Positions 24,628 through 38,904 of a stretch of DNA of 64,000 bases are shown in pieces (position 1 is the first letter of the stretch; each line of letters starts with the position of its first letter). The DNA is from Rhizodiscina lignyota (lineage: Eukaryota): assembly GCA_010015805.1 (NCBI GenBank), contig ML978139.1:62001-126000 (forward strand), given 5' to 3'. The notes beneath the pieces were generated by a model, which saw only the letters and a program-made list of their open reading frames with translations, was not told where the DNA came from and did not search any database. A program made the translations under genes and the position numbers.

Positions 24628-26760
24628 ATGAGCAACCCTTCGACCAACGGTGGCAGCAGCTATTCGTACGGCCAGGGAAACAGCCCGGCCGCAAACGGTG
24701 CGAATGGCAAATATCATCCCAATGCACCCAATGGCCCCAATGGCGTCAACAGGGGCTCGAATAATGCGCTGTCGAGAAGCGCGTCCAACTTGTCGCTCAC
24801 CGCAAAGGAGGAGCGACTTATAGTTGGTGTAGACTTTGGGACGACGTACAGCGGGTTCGTGCAAGAAAGTAATTACCACAGTTCCGCAGAACTAATTGGA
24901 GCATTAGAGTTGCGGCTGTCTACAGCGGTACCCCTGAAGAAGTGGACATTATCAAGACGTACGAACTATAATCAAAAGGCCTCCTATACTTTGCGCTGGC
25001 TAACATGGTGCGTGAAGCTGGCCTGGCGGCGAAGCAGACAAAGTCCCCACCGAAATCGGCTACTTTCCTTCTACCTCTCCCTCCAATTCACCCTCTCCGG
25101 CCGCCATTGACAGTGAAACTCCACCGATAACTGTAAAATGGGGCTTCCAGTTCAAACCCGAGGAGCCTCGCCTCCGCTGTATCAAACTCTTCCTCGACCG
25201 CAATCAGAAACTACCGCCGTTTGTATCACCCTTAGATACAGCAGCCCAGCTACGAAAGGCGGAGCGCACCGTCATGGATGCCGTAGCAGACTACCTCACC
25301 CAGATATACAGACATACCATGGCTACATTGACGAGGAGGTATGGAGAGCAATTCATGGCCAAGACGAAGGTCGATTTTGTAATGACCGTCCCGGCTGTGT
25401 GGAGTGATAGCGCAAAGGCGGCCACTCTACAGGCAGCAGAAAGAGCGGGCATGGGGAGTAGACATGATTTGAAACTCATCAGCGAGCCGGAGGCTGCCGC
25501 TGTGTATACGCTCAAAGCCATTCAACCGAACCATCTCAAAATTGGGGACAATTTCATCGTCTGCGACGCAGGAGGAGGTACGGTTGACTTGATCGCCTAC
25601 AAAATTACGCACTTGAATCCTCTGAGAGTCGAAGAGTCGGCTGTGGGCACTGGCGGACTTTGTGGTTCCGCATTCTTGAATTACAGGTTTGAGGACCACG
25701 TCAAGGCAAGGATTGGCGAGGAACGATATACGCAGATGAGAGAAAAGAAGGCGAAGACATGGAATATGGGGCTCAAATATTTCGAAGAGTTTGTGAAGCG
25801 TAATTTTGATGATGAAGAGCATCAGGAGGTTAATGTCCCATTTCCAGGTCTGCCAGATGACGAAGAGGCGGGATTAGACTGCGGTTTCATGGTCATGTCT
25901 GGTGAACAGGTCAAAGAAATCTTCGATCCGGTCGTTGCGAACGTAATAGAGTTAGTCGAGGGTCAAGTTGATACGATTAGAGAAAAAGGTGGATCAGTGA
26001 CGGGAATAGTACTTGTCGGCGGGTTTGGACAGTCGAATTACATGTACGTCCTCAACCTCCCCGACTACCCAAACGGAGAAGACTGACCAACGGCAACAGG
26101 TACAAGCGCATGAAGGCGCACTTCAATTCGGCTCCACCGCCGCCCTACACCGAAAGACCGACTCACGCTGTAGCAACCACTCCCCAAACCCAAGCCATAG
26201 AGGTCATGCAACCCATCTACGCTTGGACCTCTGTCGTGCGCGGTGCGGTGCTCCGCGGTCTCGAAGGCAGCATGGTGGTCTCGCGTCGGGCGCGCCTGCA
26301 TTACGGCACCTCGTACGCTACGGTCTTCGACGAGACCCGGCACCCTATGAAAGACCGGTATTGGTCCCCCTTGTGGGAGCGCTGGATGGTGTCGGATCGC
26401 ATGCAGTGGCACATTGCCAAAGGCGAGCAGATCTCCGAGCAGACGCCTATCTCCTTCCACTATACGAGGAATTTCCGTCCAGGTCAGAGTCTTGTTGTAG
26501 AGGACGACTTGATTGCGTGCGCCGACGACGTAGCTCCGGATGCATTTGACACCAATAAAGGGCTGATCAATGTCTGCACGCTGACGACAGATCTATCGGC
26601 CGTTCCGAGGCAATTGTTCACAAGACTGACGACGACGAAGGGAGTGGAGTTCGATAATCTAGATTTCACGCTCGACATGCACATTGAGAGCGCGGGGTTG
26701 GTCTTCGAGTTGAGGGTTGACGGGGTGAGGTACGGGCAGGTCCACGCGAAGTTTAACTAA
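24628..26760 (+). CDS. Hsp70-like (HSPA12-type) actin-fold ATPase
   Basis: VGVDFGTTYSG, TVPAVWSD, LISEPEAAA, VCDAGGGTVDLI, LVGGFGQS and WTSVVRGAVLRGL. Introns at about 24855-24907, 24959-25017 and 26044-26099. Confidence 0.9.
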
Positions 26761-27067
26761 TTGTGATGGTGCTGAAGGAGCAAAGAGGTGTCTGGATGGA
26801 TCCTTTGTTTTCTGTCGTGCTTGGAGTTGTTTTCTTTTTGGGCTCCCATGTGCCTTTGGCGCCCTTGGGGTAGGTCGTTAGTGTTTTAAGACGTGAGTCT
26901 TGAGTCCGGATGGATCTGGTTGGGCGGATATAACATGGTGCCTGGCGCCCAAGGGACACCTCGAAAAGTGGAACCTCTTTTGTGTATTTGTATATAATAT
27001 ACCGGACAATGTCTTCACAATTCATACTCTCTTCTGTCAAGCCAATCAGCGCTCCTTCCTTCGTATT

Positions 27068-28755
27068 TTACACAGTTTTGTCCGTCGTGCCAACATGCTC
27101 CGTCGTCACGATGCTGCCCTTCCTCTCAATTGCTTCCACCCTTTGATCAAGCTCGTATGATGTGAATTCGCTTTTGTTCATGGTTGGAACGAACAATGGC
27201 GCATTATCGAACCTATTGCTGCGCGTTAACAGGTTATTCACAACAGGTGGATACAGTCACTTACAGCCAATTCATTTCCTCCAACGGCCGCTTCGCAGTC
27301 TCTGGCATCAGCGCCCAGAAGAACAGTGCGTTAGTGAAATTGCAAACAATGAACAGGATATACCATCTCCATTTGATGGTGACCATCGCAGTAGATGTCG
27401 TCTGCCCGATCATGGTGTTGAAAGCAAAGCTCGTCATAGTCGCAATGGAAATGCCCTTGCTTCTCGTCCTGGTGTCGAATATCTCCGCAGGGATGATCCA
27501 CGACAGTGGGCCACAAGTGGCGCTGAAGCAGAAGTTGTAGAGCCAGGTCATGACAATGAAGCCCCAGGCAGCACTGCTGTTGCCCGATACACCTGGCGGG
27601 AACTGTACGATGAGGATAGTGGCGATGATGAACGTCACCATGTTGCCGAGATTGCCGAGAATCAGAGGCCATCGGCGCCCAGTGTAATCAATGAAGAGCA
27701 TGCAGAGGAATTGTGCGAAGAGAGCAATGAACGAGCTTATGGCTTGGTATTCGAGCGTCTTTTCCGTGCTGATACCCAGCTGGCCATATATAACGGGGCT
27801 GTAATACTGAATTGAGAACAATATTAGCAGTTGTCGTATTATACGAAGAGGGAGTAGAGTACCTGGATTGCCGAGACACCAGTCATCTGCACAGAAGCTT
27901 GCAACGAGCACGCCAGGAAGAGCCGACGGAAAGAAGATTTGTTTCGGAAGAGCTCGACGTATGACTTGGCCTCGTGTTCATGCTCGAATGTGATTGCTTC
28001 CTGAATCTGCTCATATTCGGCTCGAACCCATGCGTCGTTCTCATCGCCGTGAGCGTGCAACTTCGCAAGCGTCTTGAGGCCTTCATCCGGCCGTCCGTGG
28101 TCGATGAGCCAACGCGGAGATTCGGGAAACAGAAGGATAAGAAGCGCCAGAACGCCAGCTGGTATGATCTGGATACCTAGGCCGATGCGCCACTGCCCCT
28201 GATCACTGTTTGCAATATTAATGACCTCGCCTAGTCGATATCAGTATGGTTAATTCTGTGATTACAGTCTTTACCCGTACCGTAAGAGAGCCACGCCGCG
28301 ATGAGCGAGCCAACACCCAACATGAATTGTTGTAGGGAGGTAACTCGACCTCTGATGCTCGGATGGGTCACTTCTGCCTGGTACATCGGGATGATCATCA
28401 CAAGAAACCCCACCCCCAAGCCCGAAATGCATCGTCCAGCATACAGATAACCCAGGTTCTGGGCTCCAGTCTGCAAGCCACCCCCAAGCAAGAAGATGAC
28501 GGCTCCAAGCAGGATCGTCTTCTTTCGTCCGATCCAGTCGCCAGCGGGTCCTGCTAATCCAGCGCCAACGAACGCACCGCCAGTGAAGACGGAAACGACT
28601 GCGCCGGTCTCAGAGGACGTCGGATTGAACTTGGCGATAAATGCCTTTGAGGAGACGACTTCCGCAATAATACCAAGATCATAGCCGAACAAGACAGAGC
28701 CGAGAGAGGCAAAGACTGAAATGAGGAACTGGTACCACTTTGGTGGAATCGCCAT
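27068..28755 (-). CDS. MFS sugar porter
   Basis: FGYDLG, DWIGRK, PMYQAEV..PSIRGR, FPESPRWL, DYTGRR, WIIPAEIF..TRSKG and PETAKRPLEEM. Three introns; last exon FDNAPLFVP...DKTV* (stop at 27068-27070). Confidence 0.92.
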
Positions 28756-29291
28756 GGTGAGACAGAACAGCTTCAACGCCGGATGGAAAATAATTGAACA
28801 CACAGGAACGGGCTCACTTCACAGAAGGAAAAACTGAAATTACAATTACCGATCTGCATATATAGGACACAACACGGGGGCGTCATTGCTTCGCAATGTG
28901 ATATCCCGTATGCAAACCCTTAAAATCCACCCCGGTCTTCCAGTGTCTGGTTCGACGGCTCTAGGCCGTCACGCGGACATGGATCCGAAGATGTTCAAGT
29001 TGCGGGGAACTGCACAATTCAACGAGAGGCTCTTCTCGATATCCTGCCCAGTGTGAGAGAAGCACGACGTGATGCTGAGCTAGGGTTGGCGCCAGGTTTT
29101 CGGAAGAGCCGAGGAGGCCGGCAGGAGAATACGGTTATTCCACCAATGAGAGTGGAGCAGATGCTCGGGATATCTTTACAAGGCCATTGCTCCAATTGCG
29201 AGAGTGAGAGCTGCTCAAGCATCACTGCCGACCAGTTGGCCGTGGAGAGAATTTGCAATTTTCAGATTCTTCCTCAACGAACCCGGACGCC

Positions 29292-30990
<1,699 letters not shown>

Positions 30991-31031
30991 TGAGCTTCAA
31001 GGTCATTGGCGTTGCGATACACCTAGACATG

Positions 31032-32249
31032 CTAAAGATGAAGTTTGCTCTCAAGATCATCCCACCTCCCTCTCCGTAATGTGTCCAGCTCTCGAAGCTT
31101 AGCAAGCCAGTCTCGCATTTCTCGCGTTGTCACGTATTTGTTGCCACCTTCTATATCCAGGTATGTTGCGGCATACTGCAGCAAAGCTAGATATATGAAC
31201 TTGCAGTCTTCGTCAACCTGGAGCATTTCCTTGATGCGGTCCATTTCACGCTCGAAGTAGATTACGCGGTCGTGATTCGTGAAATCGCGAACAATTACAG
31301 TTTCAACGCTGGAATTCGGCGATATCGTGCCCATAAGGAAAGCATGATAGTCCCACGCCGACTGGTTGAACGGGTCCGTAAGGGCGGTCTGGATGAGCTC
31401 CAGCTCTTCGTCCAGCATTTTCCGGCGAGCGACATTGTCCGCTTTTCGCTCATCCAAGAGCCTTGGAATCAGCTTGCTTCTGTTGTGCCATGCGGAGAAG
31501 TTCTTCAGGCCGGAATATATCATTTTCGTTGTATACGCAAACTCGTCCTCCACCATGCTTACCCTAGCTCCACTCTTCTCAGAGAGGCGCTCCAGGCTGG
31601 CTACGACAGTGCGCCTGTAACTCCAGCCGTGGAAGTTCCTCTCATCTCGTGCCAGCATTTTGCTGACAAGTCCCAACTCTTTCTGCCAGAACGATACTGC
31701 CACTGCTGTGGGCAAACGCTGCTCCGCCTCTTCGAGTAGCCACCTCCTGTAATTCCATATCCAGTAGCATTTTGGGAACTCAATGAGTAGTCCCACCAGC
31801 AGACGGAGATCGTCAGATATGAGATCGAGAATTCTTTGTTGTTTTGGAGGGAGTTGGTTATCTTCGGTCGTTTCGGAGGTGCTCGGTTCCTCCGTAAACT
31901 GATGTTGGAGGATTAGGCGGCGATGGTTCCAGATGGTATAGTATTCGGGGTTTTTGGAAAGTAGCTTCGTAGTGAGGGCAAGTACTTCGATCGTATACTC
32001 CCGCTCTGAAATCTGTACAGCATCTGTCAGTCATGTCCGCTTTCTCCGTTGTGGTTAACATGACGCGTTCGCGAACCTTGGCGTTTACCAGCTCCACCAA
32101 GCTCTGATATTCCTGTATCTTCTTCTGCTCCTTTGCGGTATCACGACTACCCGAGCCTGCAACTCTCGGCACACCGTGCTAAAACATGTCAGTCGGTCTT
32201 GCTATTGTAGAGCGTGTCGGCAATCTTGGTGAGCACTCACACTTGCCAT
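31032..32249 (-). CDS. BET4: Rab geranylgeranyltransferase (type II) alpha subunit
   Basis: Micro-exon ATG GCA AGT (32249-32241) spliced to HGVPR. Prenyltransferase-alpha repeats NPEYYTIWNHRR, PKCYWIWNYRRW, RNFHGWSYRR, NFSAWHNR and DPFNQSAWDY. Confidence 0.9.
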
Positions 32250-32774
32250 AGTGCTTGGAATGTTGTAAGAAGATTAGTGGTCGTCGCTGCCTCAAAGGTA
32301 GAAGAGCGGAAGAGGCGGAGCTCAACAATGGCGCGCCTTCGCGCGATTCACCTCGTTTCACATTCTTCTGTTCCTCTTGTTTCTCTTCCGTCGAATATCT
32401 TTCAGTGAAAACCGTTGCTGCATACTAATCCCAGGATACCGACCGCAACAAAACATCACGGAGTGATGGGACGGCCCCCGTTTGTCTAATGCACCAGCTC
32501 GACATCGTGCTACATTTCACCTCACTGGACTGGCCGTCACTCGTTATCGGAGAGCTTCTTTCTCAGGCTCACATTCATACAGCTCAAGCTATTTTCCTAC
32601 TCGGTTCACACCTCATGCCACACATCCTAGGCAGGCTGCTCCACAAATCACATGAAGGCACCGAGCTGCATTCCTTGTAACAGCTCAGACAAAATCTTCT
32701 CGAAGACAATACCTAGATCCTGATTCGGACGACCGTGTGCCAGCGGTACCGGGTTGAGACGCACTAATTACACC

Positions 32775-35662
32775 ATGGAAATTTTTCCCACGACGCCCTT
32801 TCCATCCGGAAGCGGTTTGCTCACGCCTCCCGATTCTACGGGAAAGGTCTTCAGTACACCAGATCGTACACCTCGTGATTCTGATCACTCCTTTGAGCGG
32901 CCCCGATTATCAAAGCAGAGGAAATACTGCCAGTTGCCATCAGAGAATGATCCAGACGTTCCAGATCACCGGCAATTCCATTCGATCGGCAAATCAAAGC
33001 CTTTATGGAGGCACGCTATCAGCTTGAATCTTCTGACACCCCCGTCAACACCTCCATCGAAGCCCCAACGGAAAGCATCTTCTCGACGAAGAGCCACCTT
33101 CGCACAGTTTCGACGCGAGTTACAGTCGACTTACAACAGACAACTTGATAGATCAGCCAACAACCGCTCAGCCCATGTGGCACCTGCGCTCGTTCAGTTC
33201 GATGGAGCCAGTGACAGGCTAAGTGAATGCTCTGTTCATGATAAAGAGCTAGAAGCGGCATCAACTCCTCAAGAATATCTGCCTCTTCCGTCTTCGCCCA
33301 TCCAATCACCCGTCCAATCTCCCTCTCGGGTAGCCAGCCACACTCACTTCCAGGTCGATTTGAAATCTCCTAGCAATTGTCCCCTTCCAATACCTCAGTT
33401 ATCTGGCCTCGATACGCCAACGCCACTTAGTCGGGCCATACCCGCTCAGGGTGCCTTTCCCTTCCCCAGCCAAGGACGCGAAGTTAGCAGTCTTTCCCCA
33501 CTTGCTGTTAGATCGTCTCGGCCTCAGTCACTGCCAACACAGCGATTTAACAGCCCTATTTCGCCATCCCGTACTAGAAGATTCAGCGGAGGACTCGACC
33601 GATTTATTCCAGAGCGAAGTCCAACAGGCACTGCTCATGAAACCTTTCGACTTGGCAAACCACCCGACCAACTTGCCGATTGCGAAAGGATGTTTCGGCG
33701 ACAGCAGGTAAATCAAGATCCATTCAGGAGCCCTTCCAGAAGATCACGGGGACAGACTCAGGTTATTAGTCGTTTGCCGACTGCTGCCGTTGGCTCAACC
33801 ACTGTGGTCACAAATGGCGTCGGTACGCCTTCCCAGCAGACGACGGGTGGGCTCCGCCAATTTAGCGCTGGTGCTATCTGGAGCATTGGAAGCGCCACAA
33901 TGGGGGACAGTGTCCCCGGCATACCCGACGGAAGAGGTGGGCTCCTTGGTAGTGGAACGAATGCACCTCTCTACTCGTCTAATTTTCTCAGTCAAACAGA
34001 CTCTAGAAGAGAACTTGAGCTGTATGAGAGTCGACTTGCCCTGGCTTTTGACATCGACCAGACCAGCAGAGTGTTAAGCTCACCAGAGTCATCCGATGGA
34101 TCACCTCAACGTCTCTCGAAATCAGGAGCTAGCAGTCCCCACACTCCAGTGAAACTGCGAGCACAGGATGTCCAAGGGAATATAGTCTGGAGAGACAATA
34201 CGTGGTCCCGAGATGGGAATGTTACGCGTAAATTCATCGCCTTGGACAGTATGTCGGAGGATCTGGCTAATTCCCTCTCAGTGCCGTCGAAGCCAACAAA
34301 GCCAAAGAAGCCCGTCCCTGTTATCCCTTTTAGATAAGTAACACAGCTCATACTATTAGCAAGCAGCTTATTGAAAATACAGTTTTGGACGCCCCGTCAT
34401 TGCGAGATGACTACTATTGCTCACTTTTGGCGTACTGTGTGACTGCCAGATGCCTTGCGGTAGGACTCGGCAATCACGTATATCTCTGGTCGGAAGCACG
34501 TGGAGTCAATACTCCTGAAAGTCTCAATGTCTTCGCAACTTCGCATGTCACTTCACTGGACTTTTCTTCCATCCAAGGTGGCAATAGCATTCTGGCGGTC
34601 GGTCGTGCGGATGGGCGAGTGGTACTTTGGAACCCTTCAGATGACCATCCGCGCTTCAATACCAAGCAGCCAAACCCAGTCTCATGCCTCTCTTTTAGGC
34701 CAAACGTTATCAAGCGAGCGTCTACGCGAGACTCGCATCTCGTTGTAGATACTGAAGAGCTCCTCATCGGTGATGAGATCGGTCACGTCTATTTGTATGC
34801 CATTGAATGGCCAAGCGAGAGCGATCGAGACCTATTTAATTGGTCAGGCGCAATGACGTTGATCGCTCGCGTCGATGTTCATGCCCAGCAGATCTGTGGC
34901 CTGGCCTGGTCCGTTGACGGTGATTTCTTCGCATCAGGTGGAAATGATAACGTCTGCGCCATTTTCGAGACGAAGAAAATCCTGCGCCACGACACTGCCA
35001 CAGCACAAAGCCCCCTTACCATGCACATAGCATCCAATGGCGACAGATCCTGGACAGTAGCTCCTGAGAACGGTGCTGTGCTCTCAATATCCGAGGCTCA
35101 CATCAAGCACAAATGGACGCTCAATGCCGCAGTGAAAGCTATCGCGTTCTGTCCGTGGCAGCGAGGCCTTCTCGCAATAGGCGGCGGATCTAACGATCGC
35201 TGCATCCACTTTTACCACACCATCTCTGGTGCGTGCCTTGCAACGATCGATTGCAGCGCGCAAATTACAAGCCTCATCTGGAGCACGAGTCGCCGCGAAA
35301 TATGTGCCACTTTTGGATTCGCGCAGCCGGAGCATCCGTATCGAATCGCGGTATTCGCATGGCCGAGCTGCGAACAGGTGGTTGCCATTCCATGGTTCGA
35401 CGAGCACAGAGCGCTGTACGCGATCTCTTATCCTGGTGGACCAAATGTGGGCAGAAAGAAAGGTGAAGGGGGTGCCTGGTGGAGTCGGACAGCGGAAGAA
35501 GGATGTATCGTCGTGGCAACGAGCGATGCGAGTATCAAGTTTCACGAGGTTTGGAGTGAGGAGAGGAGAGCTACTGCTGGTGGGAAAGGATTGCTAGGTG
35601 GGAGTGATATCTTGGAAAGCCTGCACGGAGTTGATCAAAGGGGAAATGATAGCATCCGATGA
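32775..35662 (+). CDS. Cdc20/Fizzy-family APC/C coactivator, Ama1-like
   Basis: C-box DRFIPER, VLDAPSLRDDYY, WD40 motifs (HAQQICGLAWS, ASGGNDN, AAVKAIAFCPW, GGGSNDRCIHF) and C-terminal IR tail (NDSIR*). In-frame intron 34228-34281 and a non-canonical intron 34334-34380. Confidence 0.88.
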
Positions 35663-36301
35663 GCCTGGATTCTCGGTTGAGCCCGTCCACAAACGTCAAC
35701 ATGGAGCCGGGGATACTGCCGAGACAAGATAGCCATCAGCGTTGCGCTGTATCTTCTGGTTTGGGTCGTTTGCGGCGAAAGGTATTATTAGATTGAGCGT
35801 ATATCATTGGTGGTGTCGCTTGCAACAGAGTTCCTATCCTCAGCCACTACATCTCTAAATGCTCCGCCCTAAAACCGTTATCAGCAATGCGAACTCTAGT
35901 AGAACATGAATTAGGTATGCCTCTTCAATACATAAGTAATCGTCATGATTGATGCCAACACCTGTAGCGAAGTTCGGACCAATGACATGCTGATATAATC
36001 GTTCGACCCTGCAGGTGGGCCTGGATGCTCGAAGGGGATGCGTTGCCGAACCAAACCTTGGAGGCATTGCGAATCCTCAAACTCAGCGAATTGTGCACTC
36101 TCCCTACGTTGCATTTTACGCTCATTCTCTGTAATTGTATTCTGAACTACGGAGTATAGCCCTCGCTTTCATCAGTTCTTAACATTGAGTTCGCGGTAAA
36201 ACGCAACGCGCTCTTGACGCGCAAGCTCCGCACCCGACGAAGTACAATGCTATCATCAGCTTCTTGCAGATAACGGACGCGTGCATAGAAGTCGCACAAA
36301 G

Positions 36302-38131
36302 ATGCCAGTCCAGCGAACGATATTCGGGCGGCCGGTCGTCCTTCATATGCCCCCACGACGATTCCAAATCCTCTTTGCCTTCATCATATTCCTCCTCACG
36401 ACCATCATCCTCTTTTCAGGGCCGGAGAATGTCAAGGAGAAAGTGGAAGAAGCCACGGAGAAGATCCTAGAGGGCATACCCGCGTCGATACACAATCCTT
36501 TCGCAGCGTCGTCTCACAAACCGCCGGTACAAGATAACAGCACGTCTGGAGAGTCGAGTTGGTTTAGCGACTGGAAATGGCGCCATCCGTTCTCCTCGTC
36601 CGTCACATTCGACGAGAATCGTTCGGTGCTCCCTCCATTGAAGAATCGCCCATACGTATATACATACTATGAAAGCAAAAACAAGAAGGACAACGCCGCG
36701 CTCGACGCGGAGGAGAAGCTACTGTTAATATGGAGAAGGGCATGGTGGGCACAGGGCTTCAGGCCAGTAGTCTTGGTACCTGCGGATGCAATGAACAATC
36801 CGCTATATGAGAAACTGCAGATTTTGAAGACACAGGAGTTTCCGGATGCGTTGGAATATGACATTTCCCGGTGGCTGGCTTGGGGGCATATGGGGACTGG
36901 AGTATTGGCGAATTGGCTAGCTCTGCCTATGGCACCTTATGACGATAAACTATTGTCTTTCCTAAGGCGGGGAGAGTACCCCGGAGTCATCCGATATGAT
37001 GGGCTGCAGAATAGTTTGTTCTGTGGAGAGAGTGGTGCTATCAACGACTTGCTCACCAGCACCCTCGACAAATCTAACGATCTGATAGCAGCCATGTCGG
37101 TGATTGACGCTGCGGATAAATCGAAATATACGAGCGATCCCCAGCACGATGCGATAGCATTGTACGATTTGAAGAGCATCAGAGCGAACTATAAGGCTGT
37201 TGACGAAACGCTGACCCGAGAGGGAGGCCAGGCTGAAGGCCTTGTTATGCTGGGAGCACTCATCAATGCGCATCTGCATATCGTGTGGCAGAACACCTTT
37301 TCAGCTGGGATTGCTGTCGTGAAGGCGCTACGGCACATGACAACCGTATTGGAACCAGCCATGCACATTGCAAAGAGTCTGCAAAAGTGCTCACCTTCTC
37401 CAGTTGCAAACTCATGCCCACCAAACCGTAAATGTCAACCCTGCGAGGCACACGAGATCGAGATCAGGGAACTCTCAACATACAAAAACCAATCGAATCT
37501 TTTCGTCATCAGCGCAGTGCCTCATCCGTACACTGCAGCTACGCTAGACAACTGGAAGCCAAGCATCGACATCCCATTCATCCGACGCGAATCTGCGCGC
37601 GATCCATGGCTGTTTGCTGTCACGAAGGAGTTGCTCGGTCCTGCCGTCAGCAGCCAGTCGCGCATTGTGCACTTCAAGGACGCCGTTGCTGGTGAACACG
37701 GCGCGAGCCACTCACTCTGGCTGACTGCTGAGCGTGAAACCCACAAGGACTTGAATTGGATATTTGGCTTCGACTTACCAGCACTCCCAGAGCCACCGCC
37801 TACGAACACTACGGCTGCAGAAGACGAAGCATCTACGGAGTCGGCAGACGTGCCTCTACTTGATGAAGAGATCCGGCCGGGTGAGCCGAAGGAGCGAGAG
37901 ATCAAGCAGGAAAGGCAGATGCTCAAGGCCGCGAGAGCAGCTTTGAGGAGTAGGAGTGGAAAGATGATGCGATTGAAAGGGGCCGTGGAGATGTGGAACC
38001 TTGCGGATACGGAGGCGTGGAAGTTCACAAGGGCTTTCAGCGCAAGGAGAAGGGTTGAGAGACTGAGGTGGGAAGAAGAGGAAAAGAAGTTCGCGGGCGC
38101 CGAGAAAGGCCGGGGAGCTAAGTGGTGGTGA
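36302..38131 (+). CDS. Uncharacterised type II membrane protein
   Basis: Intronless 609-aa ORF with an N-terminal signal anchor (RRFQILFAFIIFLLTTIILF), Trp-rich blocks and a Cys cluster (CSPSPVANSCPPNRKCQPC). Confidence 0.8.
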   Translation: MPVQRTIFGRPVVLHMPPRRFQILFAFIIFLLTTIILFSGPENVKEKVEEATEKILEGIPASIHNPFAASSHKPPVQDNSTSGESSWFSDWKWRHPFSSSVTFDENRSVLPPLKNRPYVYTYYESKNKKDNAALDAEEKLLLIWRRAWWAQGFRPVVLVPADAMNNPLYEKLQILKTQEFPDALEYDISRWLAWGHMGTGVLANWLALPMAPYDDKLLSFLRRGEYPGVIRYDGLQNSLFCGESGAINDLLTSTLDKSNDLIAAMSVIDAADKSKYTSDPQHDAIALYDLKSIRANYKAVDETLTREGGQAEGLVMLGALINAHLHIVWQNTFSAGIAVVKALRHMTTVLEPAMHIAKSLQKCSPSPVANSCPPNRKCQPCEAHEIEIRELSTYKNQSNLFVISAVPHPYTAATLDNWKPSIDIPFIRRESARDPWLFAVTKELLGPAVSSQSRIVHFKDAVAGEHGASHSLWLTAERETHKDLNWIFGFDLPALPEPPPTNTTAAEDEASTESADVPLLDEEIRPGEPKEREIKQERQMLKAARAALRSRSGKMMRLKGAVEMWNLADTEAWKFTRAFSARRRVERLRWEEEEKKFAGAEKGRGAKWW

Positions 38132-38904
38132 TAGGAATTGGACGATTGAGGCGCGAGATATCTACCTGCGACTAACTGCATAGTTTTCGGCGTTCAGCAC
38201 TGATCCCTCCATTCGTTGCCATCTTGTATTGAAAATGTACGAGTAGATGGACGACGCGGGCCACGAAGTTTGCAATGCTTCTTGTATAGATAAAGTGCGT
38301 GCGATTGTAATTCATTGATGAAGCTGAATGAGCCCTTGTCAAGCGTGGAATCCATCGGGATACCAGGGTCATTATCCTTCCAAACGTCGGAATTCTGCAA
38401 GCGCTTCTTTGCACCCAGTAACTCACGGACAGCTGCAGTACCCAGCAGCAGGAGACAGCGCCCCTTGCCTCATCTCACGCCGAAGTCCGCCCCAATTAGG
38501 ATGGGTGCTAGATCTTATCACGGTGGTTGCATGCAACCTACCCCACAAACCGCAGATCGTAGCAAACTTCTCACACAACCACGTCGGCATGCCTCCCGTG
38601 CACGATAACGTTTCAGCAATCGCAGCAGCTTGCTGTCTTACCCTGTAATGTAAACTGCCCAGGTGATAAACGGCGGGCGATAGTAACCCTCGCGTTAAGG
38701 TAACAGTAGCATGTCGCTTCCCTTTTCGTACCTTTGTCCGCCGGCACTCCGTAATGCTCGTATCTTTTGTTGAACCATGTTCGCTCCGTTCCCTTAAACG
38801 TTGTCTATACGATTCCCATGAAACCCAAATCTTTTTTTGTGAAGTTTACAGGTCTCTTCAAGGATCCTAGGTCAGGGCCCGAGTATCAGTACACACACAT
38901 CGAT

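Noticed and set aside
28756..29291. AraR/XlnR binding site in the porter-GH51 promoter
   Set aside because: Only near-matches (CGGTTATT, CGGTAATT) to CGGNTAAW; not convincing.
34334..34380. U12-type (minor spliceosome) intron
   Set aside because: It lacks the ATATCCTT donor and TCCTTAAC branch consensus; the donor is U2-like.
34334..34382. A-to-I editing of ATAAGT to a GT donor using the AG at 34381-34382, or readthrough of TAA 34335
   Set aside because: Both leave the WD40 exon out of frame: the first removes 49 nt and the second retains 47 nt.
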